Source: Lama guanicoe (lineage: Eukaryota). From it: a stretch of DNA of 64,000 bases. The translations under genes were made by a program, and so were the position numbers. The stretch covers positions 22,013,280 through 22,077,279 of the forward strand of contig MU054187.1 in assembly GCA_013239625.1 (NCBI GenBank). The letters run 5' to 3'. This document shows, piece by piece, positions 1-11,750 of this stretch. Position 1 is the stretch's first letter. Every line of letters begins with the position of its first letter. Below the pieces are notes generated by a model. It was not told where the DNA came from and made no database searches. It was given only the letters and a program-made list of their open reading frames with translations.

Positions 1-461
1 GAGGGAGCTGGAAGAATATAAACTGGGAATGAGGAAATGGAAACTTAGCGCTTTAATATTTTACTTTATAGATTTCTGTATTGTTTGTTTCCAACTTGTA
101 TATATTACTTCATTAATTTGTAAAAGCGATTTTGAAAAGATGTTCTGTCCACTTTGTTACACTGTTTCCAAAGAAGAACAACTCCCTAGGTAAGACAGAG
201 GGGTATACTCTGGGCAAAGACCTCTCTCTAGGTTTGACTTTGGCTCCATCTCTAATGTGCTTGGAGACTTGGATTAAATTGACCATCTCTCTGACTTTTG
301 TTGGTACTGTGGGGACATTACATCTCTTTCAGTCTCAATAGTTTATAAACACAGATCTTTTTAATTTTAGGTTTTATGATACACACAAACACAATTTTGG
401 AGTTAGAGCAACATTTGGAAGATGCACATTAAACAAGATGCATAAGAATTAAATATATCTT

Positions 462-667
462 GAAGAAGGGTATATCTCAGTGGTAGAGTGCATGCTTAGC
501 ATGCATGAGGTCTTAGGTTCAACCCCCAGTACTTCCATTTAAAAATAAATAAATAAATAAACCTAATTACCACCCCCCAGATTTTAAAAAAAATAAAATA
601 AATCTAATAAAAGTAAAATAAATCTACAAGAAATCTCAAAATGAGACATGAAAAAATAATCTAAAAA
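462..667 (+). mobile_element. Camelid tRNA-Ala-derived SINE (Vic-1-like)
   Basis: tRNA-Ala(AGC)-like head (ctcagtggtagagtgcatgcttagcatgcatgaggtc...ggttcaacccc) with A/B boxes, then (aaat)n-aaacctaattac and an A-rich tail. TSD aagaattaaat(at/gc)atctt at 444-461 and 668-685. Confidence 0.92.
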
Positions 668-1964
668 AAGAATTAAATGCATCTTAATTACAGCACAGTG
701 ACTAATATTTTAAACCCCAAAGATTGCTTTCTCTTTTATTTTTCTCTAGGTAAATGATTCGTGGTGAAGTGATTTTTTAACTTTTATTTAAAATCAAAGT
801 TCATAATACCTTTGCTGACTTTATATTTTGAGGTCTTCCTGTATGGGAGAAATTTCTAGAAAAGAAGGCGGGATTGCAAATGGTCAAGTCCCTGGTGGAT
901 CAGGGAAGCCAAGACATGCTTCTCAGTCTACAGGGAGGTCGCGTGCACCACGTGGGAACCCCTGTAACGTGTAGGGCTAGGAAGCTGGTCACTTGCAGGC
1001 AGAATCAGGACTACAGAGCTTTCTCTCCCCAGAGCAATGTGAGTCCCCTTGGGCAGGGTGTTCACACACTCTCCAGTTAAACTCAGCTCCCACCTCGTGG
1101 TTGCCCTAGGCTGCCTGGCTGGCTCATCACTTCACTTACCACTCTGTCTGCCAGGACGTAGAACTCCTGTGAATTTTGTAACTTCTTTCCATGTTAAAAC
1201 CACCTGCAGAACAACATAGCAGGGTGGGGGAGTGGAAGTGGAGACACAGCAGCGATTTACTCATGCTTAGTCATAAGAGCAAGTAATTGCAGTGACTTTG
1301 GGTCTTATTCAAATGCATAACTCCTTTGAAATAGAGTTAATGATCTTGGACCAGATTATACAGTAATGTGTGAATTCACCTTTCAGCCCATTCACTTTTC
1401 CTTTCCCTGCATTGCCATGTAAGGTAAGATCTTTTCTAAGTAGAACACTATGCTAAAACAAATACTAATTTCTCAGGGAAATAATTCTTTCTCAGCAATC
1501 GCGTACTAGCTTCTTTTTCGAGGCATCTATCCACAAGTTGTTGTCATCCACGAGGCAGTGAAAATTTTGAGGACAGCCTGTCTTCATTACACCTAGTTCA
1601 AGGCCAGGCATTTGGAAGTGCCCCCAAAACCTTGTTGACTGAGCTAATGAAGAAATAGTGTCTGGCTAATTCCCAGTTTGAACTGGGAAAGCATACACCA
1701 GTAACTGGCACATAATTTAAACTCTTCATTTTTTTTTAACTCAGGATCAGACTTTGATTGAAACTTCTAGAATGTAAACCCTACAAGTGCAAGGATTTTT
1801 GTCATTTTTGTCCACGGGTGGCTCCCAAGGGCCTGAGAATTATGTATCCCCATCCTTCTGATGGTACTAACATGACTTCACTGTCCCACTGTCTTCATTG
1901 GCACAACTCTCCTACCAGAGGAGTCTTGCCCATGTACATAACTCGATTATTCATTACACTAACT

Positions 1965-2587
1965 TCCAGAAAGATGTATTTTCTTTACATTTCTAGGTTT
2001 TTGGCTGAGACCTCCCCCAGTAGATTTTTTGAAAAAGAAAACAGACAGGTTAATAGAAGAAAAACAAATTTAACTGCGTACATACATGTGGGAGCCTCAC
2101 AAAAATAGGAAACTCGAAGTGACCAGAGTAGGAAGATTTTGCACCATTTTGACTAACCCCCCCCAACAAAAACACACAACAATAAACACACACACACAAA
2201 CCCAGTAAATCTGTGAATTGAGAAGACAAGAATTGAGAAGATAAGGATTTGGGTCTGAGGTGAATTGAGAAGACAAGGATTTGGGTCTGAGGTGAATTGA
2301 GAAGACAAGGGGATTTGGGTCTGGGTAAAATGGTGAAGAAGTAACAAAGCTTGTTTATACAGCCTGCTTGGCCCCATATTCTTTATCTTTGGTTATAAGG
2401 ATGCCTTCTGCTCTCCGGGTACGAGGAGGGTACCTTTCACATGGGAGATGTATCCTTTGCTTTCTAGGGTGTCAAGGAGGGTCTGAGTGTTATTTTTGCA
2501 TGGGCTGTTTCTCAAGTACCTTTAATTCAAAATAATCAATATGCCAAAGTGGCATACTTTTTAGGGTAACATATTTGAACCTCTACA
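1965..2587 (-). mobile_element. ERV1 solo LTR, MER34/MER39-like
   Basis: Reverse complement begins tgtagaggttcaaatatgttaccc...atgccactttggcatattgattattttgaattaaagg (MER34-type 5' end). 4-bp TSD AACT at 1961-1964 and 2588-2591. Confidence 0.85.
2216..2326. repeat. 32-bp tandem repeat (about 3.5 units) inside the LTR
   Basis: Unit aattgagaagacaaggatttgggtctgaggtg at 2231, 2263 and 2295, plus a partial unit at 2216. Confidence 0.9.
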
Positions 2588-3256
2588 AACTCTTTGCTAG
2601 AAAAGACAGTTCACTGCTGAAGATTCTTCGAATCCCTTGCTTCAAAAACCCTAGTCTTGCTCTTTCCACCAGTTCTAAACTGTTACATCATGATCCTTAC
2701 CCAATCCTGATCAAGCCTCCCTCTCCCATGGAAAGGGAGGCCTGTGTTCAATCAAACTTCCAATTCTCAGTAAAGCCCTGTCTTGCCTTCCTCATCAGAG
2801 GTAATGCTGCAGCTTGGTCGAGCTGGTGATGCCTCTAACCAATAAACTCGATAAACTCAGCTTGGTCTTGTCAGCCTGTTGTGTTGGTGATGTCAGGGGA
2901 GCTGGAACTCAATACAGCTAGAATGGCATTGGGCACAGAGTAGGCACTCTGTAAATGTTTGTTGAATGAGTGAATGGGTGTTATGTAAGCACACATGAAG
3001 GGATTTTTAAAATCCCATTAAACCTAAATCAGAACAGAGTCAGTCCATGTAAATCTCTCTGCAAGCATGACTAAATCTGGGAGTAGAGGCATGTTGCAGG
3101 ATGAGCATTGACATGTTACTGGCTGACTGCTTGTCCAGAGTTGGGATATTTATCATAGCTTCTTGATCTTAAACGACTTTCTTAGAGTTTGAGCCAAACA
3201 ATACAAGTCAATGGTTCATGAAAGAGCAGAAGAGAAGTGTTTTCTCACCCACCCTT

Positions 3257-3875
3257 TGTTGCCAGTGACGAGGTTCTCGTCTCACCACAGAAAGAATTCA
3301 GAGATGAGACATGGAAGTTAAGAAAGTAAAGCAGGATGTATTAAGGGATGGGTCTGCCCGTTCAAGGGGAGAGCGGGCAGACTCAGGTGAGCAGCTGCCC
3401 TGGGTTTCTTTGGCAAGTTGGTTACATAGAGTGTGAAAATGAATGGGTGGAATATTCATTGAGAAGGGAAGGATTTGGGGTCACATTCCCTGATTTTCAT
3501 CTCAACTCCACCTTGTAGAAGGGAAGGGAGATTTTGTCCTTTTTAGTCTGGATTGGAAGTGTCAAGATGTCGGTTCACAACGAGTACTTCTAATCTGTGA
3601 GGCTAACTTTATTGAAATGAAGGCATAATGAGCAAGAGGTTACATTTGAACACTGGAAATTTCTGCCTTTTCTCACCTTTCTTTGTTGGCCTCCAGGCCA
3701 CTTGTCACCCCAAAATGTGTGACTGCTTATCAGCTCAGAAATTCTTGCTTTCTTTGTCTGCCCAGGGACCCCTGTTGTTTATATGAGGTATGGTTTCCTC
3801 CTTTTGCTCAGTTCCTGCCATTTGTCCTGCATCCCCCTTTCTCTGCTCATATCTAGCTATCTGCCTGCTCTAACA
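3257..3875 (-). mobile_element. ERV1 solo LTR
   Basis: tgtt...aaca termini; 4-bp TSD cctt/cctg. The left end is a reversed U5-like segment (gttctcgtctc...aaagaattcagagatgagac). Confidence 0.8.
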
Positions 3876-4398
3876 CCTGCTTTAAAAATGGCTGAGGTGA
3901 TGTAGAGGGATCCTAGCTTATTCATCATTGGAAAATGTCTGTCAATTTACTTCAGGTTTCCAAGGAGACATTTTGATTCTCTTTACGGTTCATTTTCTAG
4001 GAAAACAAGTTCCTGGAGGGTTTGCTAAGCTCAAATAAGGCCTCCCTTGTTTTATTTTTAAGGCACCCAGAGGACAAGGAGAAGCCACCTGATCTGATTT
4101 TACACAGCAGTTGCTCCCAATTGTAATTCAACCCACAGCTGCAGACAGCCAGCAGGTAGAGCTCCCACCATCTGCATTATTTAATAGAGGGGGAAGAAAA
4201 TGAACTATCTGATAATGAAGAATTTAAATATGCAAAAGTTCCACTGCCTGTTCAACTAGAATACCAATCAGAGCAGTATGCAGGAATACTTTCAGAAAGT
4301 CTTTGTTTATGTGCTTAATTCAAACTGTATAGTTAACTCCCAGAGGTAAGAGCAAGCCCTTTCACTTCTCCAGTACTCCAAGGAAGGAGAGTCAGATT

Positions 4399-4509
4399 TG
4401 TTTTCCTTTCTTTCCTTCCTTCTTTCTTTCTTTCTTTCCTTCTTTCTTTTCTTTCTTTCTTTTTCCTTCCTTCCTTCCTTCCTTTCTTTCTCTCTCCCTT
4501 TCTCTCTCC

Positions 4510-4540
<31 letters not shown>

Positions 4541-4689
4541 TTTCTTTCTTTTTTTTTTTCTTTCTCTTTTTCTNNNNNNNNNNNNNNNNNNNNNNNNNNN
4601 NNNNNNNNNNNNNNNNNNNNNNNNNNNNNNNNNNNNNNNNNNNNNNNNNNNNNNNNNNNNNNNNNNNNNNNNNNNNNNNNNNNNNNNTT

Positions 4690-4744
<55 letters not shown>

Positions 4745-4765
4745 CTCTTTCTCTCTTTCTCTCTT

Positions 4766-4799
<34 letters not shown>

Positions 4800-4806
4800 T
4801 TGTTTC
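4399..4806. repeat. Pyrimidine microsatellite (TTTC/TTCC/CT)n containing an assembly gap
   Basis: Directly visible; N run at 4574-4687 (114 N). Confidence 0.97.
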
Positions 4807-5815
4807 ATATTTTACTTGCAGAATGTGTAAAGCCCCAGGAGTTTAATCCAAATATAATTCAAACTTCTGTATTGTATTCTTTCTCCCAAGCTACTCAAGA
4901 CCAAAGTACAAAATAACACATGAGAACAATTTTCTTTTTCCCCTTTTCAAAGGAACAATAAATGCCCTGGTAATCATCAGAGTCTGAAAAACCTTAACTA
5001 TTAGGTATGTGTTTGGGGAGGTGGTAACAGAAAGATGGTGACTTGAATCCGGGTTGTTAGTGGAAGCTCTTGGAAATCATATGCTCCTCTGGGTAGAGAT
5101 TAGGGTAACAGATCTGTTACAACTTCACTACCATAACTGGAAAACAGCTTCAGTGTTTTTGAGAGTCTGGGGGTGGAACATCTCTACAAAGCTAGACAGA
5201 CAAATTCCCAAGAATCCACGCCTCAAGGCAGATTCCAGGAGCCCCTTCTACTTCAAGCTTCCAGAGAAACCCACCTCTCCAGAAGCAATCAGTGCTTCTA
5301 GACTTTATAGAAAAATATAAATGTAAATCATTCATCTCTGCTTGTCCAAACAGTATAGTTTTGACAAGAAATCTCTGACTTGAGTTCTGAACCCAATATA
5401 GATTTTGGCAACTGATTTAAGTATTTCATTAATTTTTTTCTCAATTGTCACAGTCAAATGACCCCTTTTCCTATTCCTATGTTTACTAAACTATCTTTAA
5501 AAGCAAAACTTTTATTGTTTTTCTCTTGTCAGGTTAAACTTTCTCTCTTCATTCTTTTGCTAACCATCTCTCTGTCCTCAGAAACATATCCTATGAAATA
5601 ATGAAAATGACTATTCTGTATGTAGTGCTAATTAAGTGTTGAAAGTTATACTAGGAGTTAACAAACCTGGCTTCATTTAATCTGCATAGCAAAGCTTGTA
5701 GGATCTATTACCAGCATGATTTGTAGTTTGTAGTTTGAGGACAGTGTAGTGACCTGCCTGGGATCACACAGGGGCCAGGGGCACTGAGATAACACAGGCT
5801 TGTCTGATCACTAAC

Positions 5816-6359
5816 TGTTACCCTGAAAGGGGAAAGGAAAAGACCCCATTTCTTGCCTTACCTGAAAGGTAAGAATTCGAATGGGAGATGGAGCGTTCTG
5901 TAGCAAAAGATTTTAAAGGATTTATTTAGCAAAGGGAAAGTGCAGCTCCAAGAATAAGAGATGGGCTGATCCCAGGGCAGATGGCAATGGTCTCTGTTTG
6001 CCCCCTTCTCTTACACCCTTGCTTGAGGGGGTCTCTTGATTGACAGCTCATGTCCCTGGAGTGCTTAGTCATGTTTGTCCCCTTTTGCACATTCCTTTAC
6101 CCATGATGCACACAGAAAAACCTAGGAGGGGGCCTAAACTGCAATGTTAACTGTGTTACAATGAGCACTGGGTCTTGTCTGGTTAGGTCCTTGTCACTAC
6201 TGTACAGTTTCAGCTGTCGGGTTCTAACCAGTTTCTTGCTGGCACTCATTTGGAGGAATTAAAGTCCCTTTATGCTGAAGGCTGGTGTATTGCTGTCTTC
6301 CAGACCATCTTCCTCTCCTCCACCTTATCTGCTCTATGCCCCCATTTATCTGTCTAACA
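5816..6359 (-). mobile_element. ERV1 solo LTR, local family A copy 1
   Basis: tgtta...taaca termini; TSD taac/taaa; colinear with 42412-42968 and with the reverse complement of 55879-56430. Confidence 0.88.
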
Positions 6360-6397
6360 TAAATATGCTACACTCTGCTCATCTGCCGACTTTACAG

Positions 6398-6900
6398 TGC
6401 AGGGAAGCAGGAGGTGGCCCCTCCAAATGTGCCCTTTGACATAAAGATTATTTTGAACTGATAATAAATTTTAAGAAATTGCAGATACAGAAGTTCTGAA
6501 AACAGAGCAAAAGTTCCCTTCTGTAAGGGAAAGCAACATTTGTAAAAGAAATTTATGTTAGAAAGGAGACTTGTACCAGAAGAGATTCATTACCAGAGAT
6601 AACTTTTACACTTGAGAGACTTATCTGCAGGCCAGGGCAACCTTTGTTTACCAAACATTTCATCTACTCACCTTCCAGGTGAATTGTCTTTCTTGCCTTG
6701 ATGTTCCAGGCTCCTGCCCCTTTCCTTAGCTCAAGAATTACAAGTCTCAATTGTCCAGCCTCCATTTCAGTCTCATATCTTTGCGAGAATTCCGTACATA
6801 ATTAAATCTTTTTTCTTCTGTTAATCTGGCCTTTCTTACAGGGGAAGTCTCACCCAAGAACTGGGAAAACTAGAAGGAAAATTATTTTTCCTCCCCTACA
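6398..6900 (+). mobile_element. ERV1 solo LTR, MER34/MER39-like
   Basis: tgcagggaagcagg...gacataaagattattttgaactg start and ...aaattatttttcctcccctaca end; related to 1965-2587 in opposite orientation. Confidence 0.82.
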
Positions 6901-7742
6901 ACTATACTTTTGTCTCTGAGACTTTTGCCTAATCTTGAAAAATATTTTCTATAAATCATTGCAACAACTGTAACCCAGAAGAAAGCTACAGGGGGCAAGC
7001 AAGAGCATTCATTTTGTGTAGCTGCAAGCAAATTAAGACTGTAGACCACTTTCACAAGACAAAAACAACATTGTCAAATTATTAGTTGCTTCAGAACTGC
7101 CTGTACTGGCAAAGGATTAAGCTGCCTCAAAATTTCCTACGCCGTTCTGACAGCTCTTATTATTTAAATATCCTTAGAATTCATGGGAGCGAAAGGGGAC
7201 AGTGAAAACTCAAACACAGTTTCTACTAAAGAAAAACTACCCAAATAAACACACTATTCCCACCCCCTCCATCAGCTTGAAGTAAAACAGTCACAAATCA
7301 TCTTGAAAAGTTTACTTCAAACAGAGTTGAGGAATCAACTTCCAGCATGCGTTTTCAACCATGCAAAGATTACAATCAGGATGGAGACAATTTTGCTGTG
7401 AATTTTCACTAGTTGATGGGTTACAGTCTGCTTCAATATTCTGAGAATGAGAGATGAAGGGAAGAAATATGCCATTGCTCCTACAGGGATATATATATAA
7501 CACCCTATCTCTCTCTGAATAAATAAATAAAGAAATAAAAGCCTAAATACCACTAGATGTGGAAGAAAAAGAGCAATGTGACATTTGTATAAGACATTTT
7601 AAGGGGAAAATCCAGATTTTAGGTTGAGCAATTCTGTAAGGATACCTATAAAATATGATAAATAATGATGTCCTTAAGTCTATAGTTTACAACTGGAAAG
7701 CCAATAATGTGCCTCTGGTAGATCTAGTTACATGGCTAATGG

Positions 7743-8329
7743 TGAGACAGGAGGGAAGGGGGCAAGGCACAACCATTAAAAGAATGACAGACCAATTAGC
7801 ACCAAGATGGCAGAAAATTCAACTCCCAGTAGACTTTGAGCTTTAATGTACGCTCACTGTAATACAACAGCTGCTAAATGGCCCTCCCACACATGCCAAG
7901 ACAGTTTCAAGGCTGCACATAAAGGGTCAAAAAGCAGGTGATGGCCTAATTCCCAGCCCCTTCCTCAAAGTAATTGGAATAACCCTCCCACTTGTTAGCA
8001 TATGAAGTTACCAGGCCCATAAAACCTAACAACTCCTTTCTCTTTCTCTTGCCCTTTGAGATGGTCCTCACTGTCTATAAAGTATCTACTTTCACTTTAA
8101 ACTAAATATCCACCCCCATGCCTCATGGCCTCTCCAGACTTCTGAGATGACCTGCCTTCTGTCTATGAAGTGTGTATCTCTCTGAATAAATCTACCTCCA
8201 TCTACTATCGCTCACTCTTGAATTCTTTCCTATCTGAAGCCAAGGACCTCACTTGATGGGGCATTTCCCAGGGCCTCACCTGGGGCCTGGGACATGACCA
8301 TCCTCTCTTGCCCCATTTTTCCTGTATCA
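7743..8329 (+). mobile_element. ERV1 solo LTR, MER41-like
   Basis: tgagacagg...cctgtatca termini; TSD atgg/gtgg; MER41-like core (ccctcccac...gccaagacagttt; gaataaccctcccacttgttagcatat); AATAAA at 8185-8190. Confidence 0.78.
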
Positions 8330-8845
8330 GTGGTAATATGAGATGCTTGATAAGATTCAAATGAAATTACAATTTACTAAACAAAGTTTCATAATGACCA
8401 CATGATTCTTTTCTATTATTTCTACTACATCTCAGAGGAATTGTAAGACAGGTGGAGAATTTTGAGAACCTCTGGCATCTTTATATCTGCAATCACACCT
8501 TCAGGTAAAAAATTGGAGGAGGAACAAACATTCCATTATGTATTCTGTCTCCATCACTAACAGTCAGTAACCTTAAGTAAGATATTTAATGTTTCTGGGT
8601 CACTTTTCAACCATCATGATTCTATGCTACAATCTCCACTTTTACAGATCCCTTGGTACTTACTGGGTAGGAAGCTCAGTGACTTACACAGCATCCCAGA
8701 GTCACCTCACCCAGCTGGCTCTGTGTACCCAGCTTAACCTCATGCTATGGCCTGAAGTTTACTTTCAGACTGAGAGAATAGAATGTATCACTAATTTCAG
8801 TGGCTAAAAATGATGTCAACTTTTCCATCTGCAACTTCAGTATCC

Positions 8846-10347
8846 ACAACTCTCAAACTTTTCAATTTCAGGACTTTATGCAAAAACTATTAAGAACCTC
8901 CTAAATAATATCCAGCATATCTAAACACCTCATGCAACTCAATATCAAAAAACCCCAAATAACCTAATTAAAAAATAGGAAGAAGAACTGAATGGACATT
9001 TTCCCAAAGACAAGGCCAACAGGCACATGAAAAGATACTCAACATCACTAATCACCAGGGAAATGCAAATCAAAACTGCAATGAGATATCACTTCACATG
9101 TGTCAGAATGGCTATCATCAAAAAGAACATAAACAATAAATGCTGGAGAAGGTGTGGAGTAAAGGGAACCCTCCTACACTGTTGGGGGAATGTAAATTGG
9201 TGCAGCCCCTGTGGAAAACAGTATGGAGGTTTCTCAAGAAACTAAAAATAAAACTACCGTATGACCCAGCAGTTCCACTCCTGGGTATATATCTCAAAAA
9301 AAAAAAAACCAAAAAACACTAATTCGAAAAGATACATGCACTCCAATATTCATAGTGGAATTATTTACAATTGCCAAGCTATGGAAGCAACCTAAGTGCC
9401 TACCAACAGATGATTGGATAAAGAAGATGTGAGATACACACACACACACACACACAAACACACACACTGGAATACTACTTAGCCATAAAAAAGAATAAAA
9501 TTTTACCATTTGCAGCAACTTGGATAGACTTGAAGGACATTATGCTACTGAAATAAGTCAGACAGAAAAAGACCAATATTGTATGATATCACTTATATGT
9601 GGAATCTAAAAAAAATGCAATACATTAGTGAATATAACAAAATGGAAATAGACTCACAGATTTAGAGAACAAACTAGTAGTTACCAGTGGGGAGAGGGAA
9701 GGGGGAGGGGCAATATATGGGTAGAGGGTAAGAGATACAAACTATTAGATATAAAATAAGCTACAAGGATATATTGTACAACATGGGGAATATAGCCAAT
9801 ATCTTACAATAACTATAAGTGGAGCATAACATTTAAAAATTGTGAATCATTATTTTGTACACCTGTAACCTATAAAATATTGTACAGCAACTATACTTCA
9901 ATAAAAAAGAACTCCCCCCAAATATTGTATTACATGGATTATATCTATCAGAATTTACCTTGTTGGAAATTAAAACTGAGAACTTTTAAAATTATGTATT
10001 TATTAATTTGCTTTAAAATAAAAAGCCCATTATATAAATGACATACTTTGAAAAATAGTTTTCCAATCCAAAATAAAATTTCAGTGAGAAAAAGGTAAAG
10101 ATTTTTACAAATCTCTGTAACATCTGGCTCAATAGGGAACAGCTGGATTCTCACATCTGCTTCTTTATTCAGTCTGTTCTAATATTACCCATGGAGCCTC
10201 TGGAAAATTCCACTCTGAACTCATGAAAGTATGAGAGTGAAAAAGAAAAATAACTTCTGAGTATTACATGGAAATGCTTTGACCTCTCAGAGCTTCTGAA
10301 AGGGGTTTTGGAGACCCCAAGGGTCCCAGACTTCACCTTGTAACTGC
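8846..10347 (+). mobile_element. hAT-Charlie1-type DNA transposon fossil, split by the L1 at about 8907-9907
   Basis: 5' piece ctctcaaacttttcaatttcaggac...aagaacc continues after the L1 as ...atggattatatctatc...gaaattaaaactgagaa. It ends ...tttgacctc...ctgaaagggg...gagaccccaagggtccc. Confidence 0.75.
8907..9907 (+). mobile_element. 5'-truncated LINE-1 (ORF2 C-terminus plus 3' UTR)
   Basis: ORF-track peptides match L1 ORF2 ([44 protein letters not shown]) but are frameshifted. (CA)n at about 9436-9466; A tail; degenerate TSD aagaacctcctaaata/aagaactccccccaaata. Confidence 0.95.
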
Positions 10348-10549
10348 TACTCTATATGATGGAATATGTACTCTAAATTGTAAGGATTTGTCATATATGT
10401 ATATATATATAAATAACATACATTATAATATATATATAAATATTTTTAAACAAAAGAATTATATAGTTATGTTCATTATGAATAAAAATCACTATCAGGA
10501 AATTTTTTTTCTGAATTGAGCCTTAGAATAACAATGGAAGCAAGACCGA

Positions 10550-10875
10550 ACACTTACAAAGGACTCCTGATATCCAGCACTGTGCTAAGACCTTTGCAAA
10601 TATCATCTCATTGACTCCTCAAAACAATCCTAGAAGACTGTGCCACTAATATTATTGTACCACTTAACACGTGAAACTGGGCCTTGAGGGGGCATAAGTG
10701 ACCTGCCCATGGTTACACCACTGGCAAACTCTAGACTTGGCTTTTGAGCTAAGACCACAGTAGGTCTTAATCAGGACACATTGTTTCACCTTCAGAAAAG
10801 GTCGCTCAGCACTGAAATCAATATCGCATGTAATCCTCACAAATGTCCTGCAAGCCTCACTTTACAGATGAGCAG
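10550..10875 (-). mobile_element. MIR fragments (two adjacent)
   Basis: gcactgtgctaag...atctcattgactcctcaaaacaatcc...aagtgacctgcccatggttacac; second piece taatcctcacaa...actttacagatgag. Confidence 0.65.
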
Positions 10876-10960
10876 CCTATGCACTGTGGTTGCTGCTCCT
10901 CCTTCTGTGCCATTGGCCATTGGTCTCCCATGTGGGCTTGGTATAATTCAGAGACCATCC

Positions 10961-11750
10961 CAGTAGTTCACAGGTTGGGGGAGAAGGTACCCCCACACTT
11001 ATTTTTATCTTTACCTAAAAAATGAGAAAAAATTCAGCTTTTAAAATATGTAATACATAGATTGACGCTTGCCCTTCACTGAGCCATAAGTGAGATGTGA
11101 AATGGGTCCCAAGGAAAGAGTGGTGATCTTCAACAGAGGATGCTGCTTTCAGCACAGATGAAGCACAGATGACAAGTGCCCAGTCAAGTTTCACAAATTC
11201 ATTATTCTTTTTATTTTACATAAAGTAATACAGAAAGGACATGTGATTTACAAAGATTTCCATGAGAAATAAAACAGACCCAGTATGATTTAGCAAACTG
11301 AAGCAAATATTCATAATCCAGACACAAATAAATAAGAAGATGGCAGAACTGACAGTTTTTTTGAATTATTACTAGCATTTTATTAACAATGTTACATGAC
11401 TTTTAAACAGACCTGTTTAAGCAATGCTGGAAATAAGTTGGCCAAAATATTTGAAGTTATCAAAAGAATATCTGGACTGTGGGTTTTCATCATCACTGTT
11501 AGTGATGAATCGTGCAAAGTGAGTATCATGCAAATGATAAGATGAAGCAGTTGTGGTTAGCAAGGCACTATAAAATATTATCTATTTCATCTTTAAAATG
11601 TTCTTCTGTAATTCTAGTTTTGTTGTACATTTTATAATATGTACAATTTATTAAAACAGTGGTAGAAGAATGTAGTTCATTCATAATACGCACATTGTCA
11701 ACAATTTCTATTCATAGAAGACCTTGATCAAAATGGTTTGGAGAATTCTG
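10961..11750 (+). mobile_element. Degenerate hAT-Charlie element with a decayed BED-finger transposase remnant
   Basis: cagtagttc...gagaattctg ends resemble Charlie TIRs. About 11455-11570 reads, across frameshifts, as EYLDCGF...ANDKMKQLWLARH, resembling the YLxxGF...NxxMKPxxLxRH N-terminus of Charlie/Buster transposases. Confidence 0.6.

Larger units (their letters stand above)
1833..2915 (+). mobile_element. Old ERV1 LTR (MER90/MER110-like), interrupted by the LTR at 1965-2587
   Basis: 3' part has aataaactc...aaactcagcttggtcttgtc...tgttggtg...ggggagc ending in ...aataca, typical of this group. The 5' boundary is approximate. Confidence 0.5.
1760..2977 (+). mobile_element. L2 3' end split in two (about 1760-1832 and 2916-2977) by LTR insertions
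   Basis: Left piece ctagaatgtaaaccctacaagtgcaaggattttgtc; right piece ggcacagagtaggcactctgtaaatgtttgttgaatgagtgaatg, the typical L2 terminus. Confidence 0.65.

Noticed and set aside
2216..2326. CRISPR-like 32-bp repeats
   Set aside because: Head-to-tail tandem units with no unique spacers, inside a mammalian LTR, and no cas genes.
4392..4916. 138-aa and 172-aa ORFs
   Set aside because: Read-through of a microsatellite and an N gap.
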